Below, in pieces: positions 13,852-24,923 of a stretch of DNA of 64,000 nt (the stretch's first letter is position 1; each line of letters starts with the position of its first letter). The translations under genes were made by a program, and so were the position numbers. The notes beneath the pieces are model-generated. The model was given only the letters and a program-made list of their open reading frames with translations, was not told where the DNA came from and made no database searches. This DNA is from Moniliella sp. 'wahieum' (lineage: Eukaryota): the NCBI GenBank assembly GCA_003971905.1, contig RSEE01000019.1, positions 1 through 64,000 on the forward strand. The letters are read 5' to 3'.

Positions 13852-15748
13852 ATGGCGTTCAACTTCAACAGCAGCGCCGCCAAGCCCGCAGGGGAAGCGC
13901 CCAAGTTCTCCTTCGGCGCTCCTGCCACCACTACCGCGCCCGCCGCCAGCGCCCCCGCCGCGCCAGCTACCACCTTCAGCTTTGGTGCCGCACCCGCCAC
14001 CACAACTGCCGCCCCAGCTGCTGGCAGTCTCTTTGGCCAGGCTGCCAAGCCGCCGCTGCCCCTGCTGCCGGAACCGGCCTCTTTGGTCAGGCGGCCAAGC
14101 CTGCGGCCGCGTCTACGACCGCGCCTGCTGCTGGCGCTGGCCTCTTTGGTCAGGCGGCCAAGCCTGCGGCCGCGCCCGCTGCTGGGGCCGGCCTCTTTGG
14201 TCAGGCAGCCGCGCCTGCGGCCGCGCCTACTGCTAGTACGGGCCTCTTTGGGCAGGCAGCCAAGCCCGCTGCTGCCCCGGCTAGCGGGACTGGACTTTTT
14301 GGTCAGGCCGCTACCACCCCAGCGGCAGGTACGACTCCTTCCTTGTTTGGCGCCAAACCTCCTGCCACTACCGCCGCTGCCGGGCAGCGGCGGGTGGGAC
14401 CACGCCCAAACCTGCTGCTACGGTTTGTTTGGATCTACTACGCCTGCCACCTCGGCCGCTCCGGCTCCGGCTCCGGCTGCAGCTGCGGGAACAGGGCTGT
14501 TCAACTTTGGAAGTAAACCGGCCAGCACACCTGCCACGACTGCTGGAACTACCACCCCTGCCCCGGCGACCGAAGCCGGCGTCAAACCCTTGTTTGGCTT
14601 TGGGGCTCCGACTACCTCGGCAGCTCCGGCTACCACGGCCCCGGCCGCAGAGAGCAAACCTGCATTTAACTTTGGTGGACAGACTGCCTCGGCTGCCTCT
14701 ACAGCTCCGGCGGCGGCGGCGACCAAGCCGGCCCTTAGCTTTGGTGCCCCCGCTACCTCTGCGGCTCCTACAACTACAGCTGCGCCTGCCACTACCGCCC
14801 CGGCCTCGACTCCTGCCGCTGGCGGGCTGTTCGCGCCCAAGACTGCGACGGCGACAGCGACAGCGACGCCGGGGACAACGACGACGCCGGCCACTGGAGC
14901 TACTGCACCTGCAGCGACTGCTGGTGCGACGACCGGTGCACCGGCTGCGGCAGGAACGACGACCGGCACCGGTGGAGCGACGACTACGTTGGTCGCGCCA
15001 GCACCTTCGCAGTTGCGTGGGCGCAGCATGGAAGAAATTGTCAACGGGATGAACGCCGAGTTGGAGAGTTCGGTGCGTGCGTTCCGGTCGCAAGCAGCGG
15101 AAGTGGCGTCGCTGGATAGTGTGCTGCGAAAGAGTGGAGCGGCACTGGGTCAGCTCGACACGGAGCTCCACGCTGCGGAGGCGCGGCAGCATGCGCTGGG
15201 CCAGTCGTTGGATGACATTGAGGCGGAACAGGCGGCGTTGTCGGCACTGTTGGACCAGTATGAAGCTACATTGCAGGGCGCCCAAAAGAAGGGACCGTTT
15301 GCTTCGCAAGGCCTGGCCTCGTTGGCAGATGCCGATGCGGGCCTGGCGAATGCCGAGCGGGAACGAGCGTACGTTGCATCTCCATGCTGCGGTCACTGTG
15401 TGATGTGATGGGAACAAGCAAACTAACATGAGATATGCGCAGCTACTCGTTGGCCGAAACGCTCAACCTCCAACTGGACGATGCGGCACGCAACGTAGGT
15501 GGGATCATTGCGCAAGTCAATGCCCTCACCGCCCCGCCACACACGGCATCGACGGGAGCAGGAACGAGCGAGGAGCTGAACGCGGTGGGGGCAGGCGAGG
15601 AAGATGCAGTGGCTCAGATCGCCGCCATCTTAAATGCGCACCTGGGCTCGCTGCGTGGGTCGACGAGACGGCAACGGCACTGCGCGACCGCCTGGCTGCG
15701 CTCCGGAGGGGACACACCGATGCGGCGCAGCCGTCGTGGCGGCGCTGA
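13852..15748 (+). CDS. NSP1: FG nucleoporin Nsp1/Nup62
   Basis: FSFG/GLFG/FNFG repeats, then the Nsp1_C coiled coil PSQLRGRSMEEIVN...ERERAYSLAETLNLQLDD...QIAAILNAHLGSL. Intron 15369-15442. Confidence 0.93.
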
Positions 15749-16285
15749 GCTGAGGCTCAGCCCTGAGGCCAGCCTTGAGGGCGTGTGATGTGTGGCGTGT
15801 CCGCCTGTGGCAACGTCGGGTGTGCTAACGCGGTGCGTCCGGGAGCGTTTGAGCACACGCGGGCATGGCCTGGCAGGGGGACAGAGAGCGGAGGATGTGT
15901 TTCGCACAAGAAGAATTGTACAAGCTTTTGTCCGGCAGCCGTTGCAGCTTGAAGAGGGGTGGAACGGGGGGATGTAAGATGGGAGAGCGCGTGAGGCTCA
16001 CGCCTGAGGGCCTATGGACACCAGACAGCAGCGACAGAGTCCTCTTCTCGTCTGACGAGCAAGGTTAACACGTTAACCGTTAATCGATGTTAATCGTTAG
16101 TATCGGCCATCCCCAGTGATGGAGCCGCGCAGCGCAGCGGGAGTCCCGAGGGAAGAGAAGCGTCGGAGCCCCTCTTGCACAGTGGCGCTGCGCCTGGGAG
16201 CGGCAGTGCCGAACCCTAGCTGGCTACAGCTGGTGTGCAAGGGGGGAGCACAGCGCCGGCAGCTGGGCAGTGTGTTCCATGTGTC

Positions 16286-16294
16286 GTATATAGG
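16286..16294 (+). promoter_or_regulatory. Candidate TATA box upstream of the HD1 gene
   Basis: TATATAGGG about 315 nt upstream of the ATG at 16601, followed by a pyrimidine-rich leader. Confidence 0.35.
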
Positions 16295-16600
16295 GCAGTG
16301 CGACACGGGCCCCGTGCGGCCAGGGGGGATGTGCCTCTCCGGCGCTTCTCTGGTGCCTCTGTTGGGCTACTACTCGGGGGCTACTCAGTACTCAGCTGCC
16401 TACTCAGCTGCTCCTGTGGTGCTCCTCTGCCCTCGCCTGCCTCGCCTGCCCGCCTCCCCCCCCCTCGTCTGCGTCTCCCGTCTTGCTACCACCCCTGCGC
16501 TGCACATTGCCGCCCACTCAGCTGCCCGCCCAACCCATTTCGCCCGTCCTCGCCCGCTCACAACAGAGCGTTCGTCACCCCTCCCCCTCCCCCAGCCACC

Positions 16601-18340
16601 ATGTCCGCCCCACTCCACACCCTTTCAGCCACACCCTTCTCCAGATCCCCGCCGATCGTGCTCCCAACTTGTGCCATCTTCTTTCCCATGCCGATGATGC
16701 CGATGCTGATGCTGAAGCCGATTCCGATCCCGATCCCGAGGCCGATTCCTTTCACCCCTCGTACTCCGTCGGCCCCTTCGATCCTCCTCCCGATCCCGCT
16801 TTGGCGCCGCTCGCCATTTGGGCACGCGCCACCAGCCAGCTCCCGCGCTTGGACAATCAGCGGCGTGACTACTTTGTCGATCTGCTCTCCCGGATCGACA
16901 CTTCCTCTCCCTCGACTGCTGATGAGCCCACTGGTAAGACTAGTACCAATAGTGCCACATACCAGGATGCTTCCGAGTCGCAGGTGTCTTCCGCGATCCT
17001 AGCCCGCGGCTGTGGATGGTGCAACACTTTGATTATCTCTTCCCTACCAATGAGGAGAAGACCCTGATGCGTGAGAGCCATTCCTTCACCCCAACCAACA
17101 GCCTGTCGGAGAAAGCACCGACGTAGTGGCAGACGGTACGGTTCCACAGCTGCTACGACCAAGGCCGATATCCGACGTGCAAACAAGGCATTGATCAGTG
17201 GTTCACCAATTCCCGCCGTCGCCTGTTCTGGACCACCTTTTACCGCACCTACGCCAACGAGGACCGGGCCAAGATGAAACGCATTACAAACCAGTGCTGG
17301 TTGATGCAGGCTCTCATCCCTTGGGGCGTGGAGGGGAGGAAGGGTTGGACCATATCGACCCAAAGAGCATGGACGATCTACGCTCCATCCTGGCCCAGCC
17401 CGTCAATGCCAAACCAAAAGTACTTCGTAAACCGTCCCAGTCCAAGTCGCGCAACCAGCCGCAAGGCAAATCCAAGTCGCGGATCAAAGAGTCCCCCATC
17501 AACCTGCAACAACGCACAGCTAGTGCCGAGACCTGTTTCGCCGACTTTCAAGAGGTGGTACGTAACATGGCCATGTCGGATGTCGAACGTGTCGGTCCCT
17601 GGCTCGATAAAGTCAACCGTCAATCCTGCTTGATATATGGCACGCCTTACGTCGGCCCTGTGTCCAATGTCGAGATGGAATGGAGTTTACGTCGAATGGG
17701 TGCCCACACGTACAGTCCCGAGCTTGACGCCGATTCGTATGTTTTTTTTGTTTTTTGTTTTTTTCCCCTATCCTCTGCCCCGTTCTCCCCATACTGACAT
17801 ATCTTCCATCTCTCTTTCTCTTTCAACAGAGTCCCCCGCTTCTTCACCGGCAACAGCCGCCTCGTCCAAACCAGGCAACAGTACCGGTCACACATCTCAA
17901 CGCGAATCGGAAGCGTTTCCCAGTCCCAAGAATCCTAGCACTGACAACCTTTCCACTTGGCCATATCATTCAAGTGGCGATTCATCCGATCTTAATAGTA
18001 GCTTAAGATATCCCCAGCCGATACAACTGACCGATCTACCGCCCACCGAAACCTCCCAACCATCTAGATTTTTCCCCCCGGCTTTCAATCCGATGGTCAC
18101 GAACCCGTATGGCTTCCGCCAAGCTATGACGAACCCACATCTGAGCATGTCTACTTACGGGTTGAGCCTACCCCCAGAAGAGATTTACAGTAACAATATC
18201 GAATTTCCTACGCTTTGGACGGAATCAGAAACCGTAACGGCAGGCCCCATGCACATGTTCCTTGACCCCTCCGTCCCCCAGCCCTTACTCCCTGTTTTTC
18301 AACTCTCTCTCCTAGGACCTTTGAGCTCCCCCCCCCCCGC
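16601..18340 (+). CDS. bE: HD1-class mating-type homeodomain protein (bEast-like)
   Basis: Manual translation. 17010-17069 gives LWMVQHFDYLFPTNEEKTLM (HD1 helix1/2, W...F.YP..EEK type). 17190-17290 gives IDQWFTNSRRRLFWTTFYRTYANEDRAKMKRI (HD1 WF.N.RRR..W plus the EDR..MK stretch of smut bE). Downstream ERVGPWLDKV resembles the bE constant-region EKVGDW motif. Intron 17737-17829. The 3' end is uncertain. Confidence 0.85.
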
Positions 18341-19361
18341 CCCACAGGCTCCTCTTCGTCTTCTCCCCCGTCTTCTCTCGTCTTCTTTCCTTCTCTCGTC
18401 TTCTCTCGTCTTTTCTTTCGTCATCTCTCGTCCTCCTGATGGTTCAGTTGGCACGACGGTGAAGTACCAACGCCGATTTTTTTTTCACATGGATCTTCCA
18501 CGAGGAAATAGTCAGTTAGCTCATCCTCTCTCTCCTCGCTCCCCTACCCTGCTATCTCTCCCCACAGTCCCCGCTGCTCCTATGTCACGCTCTCTCTTAC
18601 ATATATACGTCGGTCGCGATGGCAGGTTTTTGCACCAGTTTTTCAGCCACACCATTCTATTGCAGTTTCGACGGCCTGATGTGCGTGTCACAGTTCTTAC
18701 CCCCCCCCCCCCTGTCTATCTGATCTCATCTTCCCTCTTTTCCCCCACCGCAAATCCATATACTGCCGTTCGCCCTGCCCTGTTCCGCCTTGCTCTATAC
18801 TCTTCCTGCTGGATCTAGCTCCGTGCTCCGTGTTGTTTCTGTCCTTCTAGTTCTGGCCGGTCCCACAGCATCGACATGTCATGTCCTCGTGCGGTTTTTT
18901 GGGGGGGGGAGGCACACATTATTGCTACCTGGTACGTAGATATTGTACTGTGTTTGTGTTGCTATAATTATAAAAACCCATCCGTGAAGTGACTACTACT
19001 AGTGACTTGTGAGTACCGAAACGACGGTGCAGAGCAACCCAATGTACTGCAAATATACGCTGCCACATTGCAGGCGTCTATATACTTCTTTCTTCTCTTC
19101 GTTGCGTACACACATTACCGGATTCGGGGGACAGCTGTAGAGGATACTACCCCCTTTTCGGCGCACTTGGCACCCCAGAGTACTACCTATTTCAAACCCC
19201 AGATCCGACCGAACCGAGGAGCGGCACCAGCTACAATACTACCTAATACCAACGCAGCTGTACATTGCTCGATCAACTGTGCGGTCCACAGAGGAGCAAA
19301 GGCGGAGAGAGTAAAGCCTATCATTGGATGCCATGTTAACAAGAAGTGCTAACAAGCCATT

Positions 19362-21229
19362 TCATCGATCACCAGGGTGGGGGGGGGGGGGGGGGGGGCA
19401 ATCCCATCTCATTGCAACAGAAGAAAAAATACCGTGGGAAGGAACCGACGACAGAGAGCTCCCTTCCTCCCCATTTGCAGATGTGTATGCGTCACGTTTG
19501 ACTTCCGCCGTCGTAGGCGGCCGGGGATGAAGGAGGGAAGGAATGGGATTGGCAAAGATGGGATTCGCCGCCAACGTACTCACAGGTCCAAATAACTTCT
19601 CCGCCACCACATTCGCTCGTACATTCAGTTCCTTCCACATTCGTACCTCCACATCTTCCCCCCGCCAATCCCTTTCCCATTCCCTGTATCGGTACCGGTA
19701 CCGGTAGCTGTGCTCCTACCGGGCTCCTCCTCCCGCGGCTGCAGCAGCACGTCCCCCGGTACATCCGCCATCGAACCCACATCTTCCTCTTCTTCTTCCT
19801 CCTCTGCCCCCGACACGGCATCTCGCAGTTCAACACGAGCAGAAACATCGGTTGCGGTACACTTGCACTTTCGCGCGCTGATAGGCGTCCCCAGCCCCGA
19901 AGCTAGACTGTGGTGACTGTTGCTCACGCTCCCGGGCGTATGCGCCCGTGCGAGGGTGGCGTATAAGCTCGTGTCTTGCCCACTAGCGGAAGCGTAAGTA
20001 CCGCCCCCAATTAGTACCAGCACAAAGTCAGTAATCCTTACACTTGGTTCTCGGTGCCTACCCCCCCCCCCCCCCCCGCCCGCTTTGCCCCACAGTACCA
20101 GACCAAACAACACAAAACACCAACACCAAACACCAAACCCAACCGAGAGGGAGAAAACGTACCTCGCACGTGTTGAGCAAGGGGACGATGCGCTGCGGCG
20201 GGTCGTCCGGCGGGGGGCATCGGGGTCGGCGCCTACTGAGCCAGAGGATCGCGAACGGTCTGCCTGATCCGATCGGGTAGCCGGGACAATCATACCGGGA
20301 TGCAAGATCGGGCCCTGCTCTTCCTCCTCATCTTCTTTCGATGGCGACGGACTGGGATCGCGTTTCGCGTCGCGCTCGCGCCCTCCAAAGCCCATCGCAG
20401 CAGCTGGCGCAGACGTAGGCGTCGGCATCGACATGCCCATCCCCATGCCCATCCCCGTGCCCATCCCCGTGCCCGTCCCACCGCACGCGACGATCGAACG
20501 TCCGCGTCGTACACTTTGCGCGCCTCCCGGTCCCTTTCCTTTCCCTTTCTCTTTCCCTTTCCGTCCCATCCTCCCGTCCCACTCGTCTGCGTCCCCGACC
20601 GCGACCGACCCGTCGGCGTCCGATCCCGTTCTCGCCGTCCCGATCTTTCTCCTTGTCCTTGTCCTTGTCCTTTGGATTTTCCTTGTCCTTCTCCCGCTCG
20701 GCGGTACGCGCAACACTGCTTCGTGCGCGGGCGCGCGCGGGTGGCAGCATGCGAATGGCAAGGTGACCTGTAGAACTAGGATAAGGGTAACGAGACTGCA
20801 ATTGCTCCATAGCTTGGCGCCACGAAAGTCGCGACCGCACCTAGAGCTTGGACCCGCTCTTGCCCCGTTAAGGAGTCCAGTTCCTCCGCCCCGCTCGGGG
20901 TAGGTAGTGGCAGCCCAAGCGCCGGCGAGGATGGGGCACCATCAGCCCACGAAGCGACTCGGCCACAGGTGTAAATCCCCTCCACGCGCCTGGAAGCACA
21001 GCCTGCGGTTGTGCCTGGGCGGGGGTGTGGGTGTGTAGTGGGTGTGCGTAGGGCGGGCGGCAGAGGCAGCTTGACGCTCGTCGGGCACATCGAGCGCAGT
21101 GGCAAACGCATAGACGGCGCCGCTGTCAGGGAGCACGATGATGGCGGTGTGCGGTGTGCCGGGCTCAGCTTCGCCAGGCGCAGCAACGCTCTTGGCCAGA
21201 ACCGAGGTGAACTTTTTGATGCGCACCAT
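19362..21229 (-). CDS. Roadblock/LAMTOR2 (Ego3-like) domain protein with very long low-complexity insertions
   Basis: Motifs in the roadblock order: MVRIKKFTSVLAK; HTAIIVLPDSGAVYAFA; ERVQALGAVA; WKELNVRANVVAEKLFGPV. Intron 19983-20162 (GTACGT..CTGAC..TAG). Confidence 0.5.
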
Positions 21230-21673
21230 GGGGGGCGTGCAGACAGGCGGAGGGGGCGGCGAGGACCAACGAGGAGGCTCTATCGACGACGCCATATCGA
21301 TCCGCGCGCTGCCATCGACCGCCATTCACTTTGAATCTCGACTGGCTGTCAGAACAAGGAGACTGCCGGTGCAACCTCCCGCCTGCGCGGGTTCCGCTGT
21401 GTGTGTGTGTGTTCCGCCTGGCGTGTGTGCTGGGTTGGGGGGACAGGGGGGTTAGGGTTGGGCGGGGTGGTGACGTGAAAGGTGAAACGTGCAATGGGAT
21501 CGGGTGACCAGTGACCGGTGATGTGCGACTGTGTCGTGTGTGCGGTGTCATGTGACAGACATGCGACGTGGCATGCGTGGCATGTGGGTGGTTTCGAAGG
21601 GCGCCATGCGCTGATGCCGTGCTTGCGCTCCGACATCGATATCGATCGTCATCAATGGGGTCAGCCGGCCAGA

Positions 21674-21726
21674 CCTGAGGGGCCTGAGGCCTGAGGCCTG
21701 AGGCGTGAGGCGCTGAGGGCCTGAGT
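21674..21726. repeat. (GCCTGAG)n heptamer cluster in a divergent promoter
   Basis: cctgaggggcctgaggcctgaggcctgaggcgtgaggcgctgagggcctgag. Confidence 0.8.
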
Positions 21727-22226
21727 TCGATCATGCGCCACTGGCCATGGGCATTGGTAATGCTGGGTTGAACGTTTGAATGTGGATCCGGCGATCATTC
21801 TGGCGTGCTGCGTGGGGATGCAGATGGCCTGCGCGTTGGGCAGGTGGGCCGAGCGGTGTGAGCGCCGCACAGCTGGGCGTTCCGCCCCCGGGGGCTCGCG
21901 CTGGTTCCGCTGCGCTCCGCTCGTCACGCAGCGGTCTGGTGCGGTGGGAGGCCAGTCACACAGAGCATGGGTGATGGGCCCCGACGCCACGCACGCGCCA
22001 ACGCCCCAATTGCAATTTCCAAAACGAGGGACCGCCCTGGCGTGGCACGAGGCAGGCTGGGCGCCGGCGCACCCAACCCCCGCCGCTGCCGCCCGTGCGG
22101 ACAGTGCCTGGCGTCTACGCCCGCCCGTGGCCGCCACCGGTCTTCTTATAAGCCCTCTTGGCTGGGTCTGTGTCCTCATCCTTCCCTCCCCGCTGCTGCT
22201 CCCACACTCTCCTTTCGCTGCCCACC

Positions 22227-23842
22227 ATGCCCCTCCTCGCTCTCCGCTCCTTTGCCCGCCCTGCCCTCCGCGCCCACCGCCTGCCTCTCCTCCCCGCTGC
22301 CCCCATCCGCTTCCTCCACGCGCCCGCCCCGCCCTCCTCCCACTCCTCGCCTCCTCCTCCCCGCGCTGCCGCTGCCTCTGCCTCTGCCTCTTCTGCCTCT
22401 GCCTCCCCACCAAGCGCCACGACCCCTCGCTCCCTCCCCTCGTCGGCCCGCCCAGCTCGACACACCCCGCTTGCAGCCCGCCCTGGCCAAACGGCCTCCC
22501 TCCAAGACCGCCGCCCCCCCCAGTGCCGCCCCCACCGGCCCAGCGCCCCCTCGCGGGCCCCGGGCCCCGAAGGAGATGCCGCCTCGGCTTCGGAGCGCAC
22601 TGCCACTGCTCGCCAGCTGTCTCCCCGCTCGGCTCCTGCCACTGCCCCTACCACTACTTCCACCCCCCACCAGCAACACGGTGGCCCACCCGCCCTTGTC
22701 CAGCACCTTGGCCCCGCCCTCACACCACCGCCACCTTGCCTTTCCGACCCGCACCCCGTTGCCTCTCCCTCCGCTCCGACTTTGGCCCCGCCTCCGGCCG
22801 GCTCCGCGGCCTCCGCACCCGCTCGCCCGGACCTGGTCCGCTGTACGCGACGGCGCGGCGCACTACTACCACGGTACGAAGGAGATGTACCGGCAAGTGC
22901 GTCTTTCGGGGCAGCTGATCCTCGGCAGTGGACGGGTACGACCTGACCCGTCGGAGCGGGGGCAACTGCGTCGTACGACGCGAGGGGACTTGTTACGTCT
23001 GATCCCGTTGTTCCGTTGTCGTGATCCCTTTGCGGAACTGCTGTTGCCCGTGGCGGTCAAGATGTTCCCACGTATGTTGCCTTCGACATTTGAACCGGCC
23101 AACGCGGAGGCGATGCGCGCCGTGCGCACTCTCAGGCTCGTGCCGTGCAGCACAAACTTTTTCGGATACCTTGGCCCGCCATGCTTGTGCCCCCCACTGC
23201 AGTAACAGTGTTGCACTAAGTGCCTTGGCTGCGCTGCGCGCTCATCCCGCTTCCGATCCCCGCCACGTCATCAAGGCTGCCCAGGCATTTGATGAAGACC
23301 GGGTCTTGGCCTCGCTCCCCGCAGTGCGTTGGTCGCTATGGCCCAATTCCTCTCGCTCGCTTCGCACGGCACGTTTTTCCCTTGCTGGCGCGGCCGAGAC
23401 GGCAGCCGTCTCGGTCTTAGCTTGGACGGCTACCTCCTTTGTACTTCGTCGTCGTCTCACCGCCCTTCGACAGGACGATATCCTCCTGCTTTACTCGGCT
23501 AAGGAACGCGCCTTGCTCAATGGCGACGAAGTTCGTTACGCTGCACGCGAACGCGGGATTGACCTTGCTATCCCTCCTGCCCATGGCGCCATCTGCATCG
23601 GCGTCATCGGCGCCCCTCGCGGCCAGGAACGTGAACAGGTGCTCCGCTCAGCCTTGCACGATTGGGTCCAGTTGCATGTCGAACACCGCATTGCACCTAC
23701 AATCTTGGTTCTCGCTTCGGCTGTTACCGCTGCCCAAGGCGGCTTGTCCACCCCCTTGTCCACCCCCTTGTCCTTGACCCAGTCCTTGACCCAGGGCGAG
23801 GGGAGGAGGTGGTACATGCACCACCAACGACGACGACGATGA
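22227..23842 (+). CDS. Divergent LETM1/Mdm38-like mitochondrial inner-membrane protein
   Basis: R/A/L-rich presequence MPLLALRSFARPALRAHRL; HYYHGTK...ERGQLRRTT.DLLRLIP...PFAELLLPVAVKMFPRMLPSTFE; LRRRLTALRQDDILL...EVRYAARERGI...LHDWVQLH. Confidence 0.85.
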
Positions 23843-24074
23843 CCACCACCGCTGCACGCCCACTGGCTCACTTGGTTGGCTACGCGGCGTGCTTGCTTGC
23901 ATAACGCTTCTCACCCACAACCCCGGGGGTTGGACCCCCATCTGCCCCGCCCGCCCTTGTGAGTTGTGACTTGTGAAGCGGGTGCGGGTCATCGGTCATC
24001 GGTCACCTGTAGCGCGTGCAACAAGCTTGTTGCCACAGTCTATTCCCCTCTTTGGGTCTTCTGGCCTGCCCTGT

Positions 24075-24185
24075 CCCGTTCCATTCCCGTTCCATTCCCG
24101 TTCCCGTTCCCATTACTTCCCATTCCCATTCCCATTCCCATTCCCATTCCCATTCCATTCCCATTCCCATTCCCATTCCATTCCC
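24075..24185. repeat. (CCCATT)n microsatellite
   Basis: Seen directly. Confidence 0.9.
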
Positions 24186-24307
24186 CTCCTGTTCCCCTGC
24201 CTTGTACTGGACGCTTCCTTGACCAGGCGGACCCTCCTGTGCCCCAGCTAATCATTTCATCAATCATCGTTCATCGTTCACCGTCTCCTCCTGCTGGCCT
24301 TTGGGCT

Positions 24308-24412
24308 GTGTGCTTGTGTGCTTGTGTGCTTGTGTGCTTTGTGCTTGTGTGCTTGTGCTTGTGTGCTTGTGTGCTTGTGTGCTTGTGTGCTTGTGTGCTT
24401 GTGTGTTGTGTG
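24308..24412. repeat. (TGTGTGCT)n microsatellite
   Basis: Seen directly. Confidence 0.9.
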
Positions 24413-24923
24413 CTGTTTGTGCGGTGCGTGTGCGCGCAAGGTAACCCGCGTCTCTCTCTTGTCGTGGCGGCTGCATGCTGTGTGACATGGGACTAGTATG
24501 GGACTAGTATTGCATGCATCGCATTCTGTCCGACAGGCGCTGGGTTCTGGTCAAGGCACCTTCCACGCGCGGAAGGCTGTGCAGTGATCCGGTCGGAGAA
24601 GAAGCGCGAGAATGAAATGGCGAGCGGTTGCATGTTGCACCGAGGCAGATGCTTGGACATTGGATGGCCCACAGCGTAGATCCAGTGGCACACAGGCGCA
24701 CTGCGGGGGGCCGGCGGTGCGCGCCACGCAGAGCTGCGCAACGTCCAACCCAACACACACAACCCATGCACGGGGATGCATGTCATGCATGTCATGCATG
24801 ATGCTGTGTTGGGAGGCGCGTGTGGGACGGGACGCGCACTAGCCGGCACTGCCTGCTTGCTTGTGTGTTGTGCGTCGGGGAGCATGCATCTGCGTGCTTG
24901 CTGCTTGCCACCCCCCCCCACGC

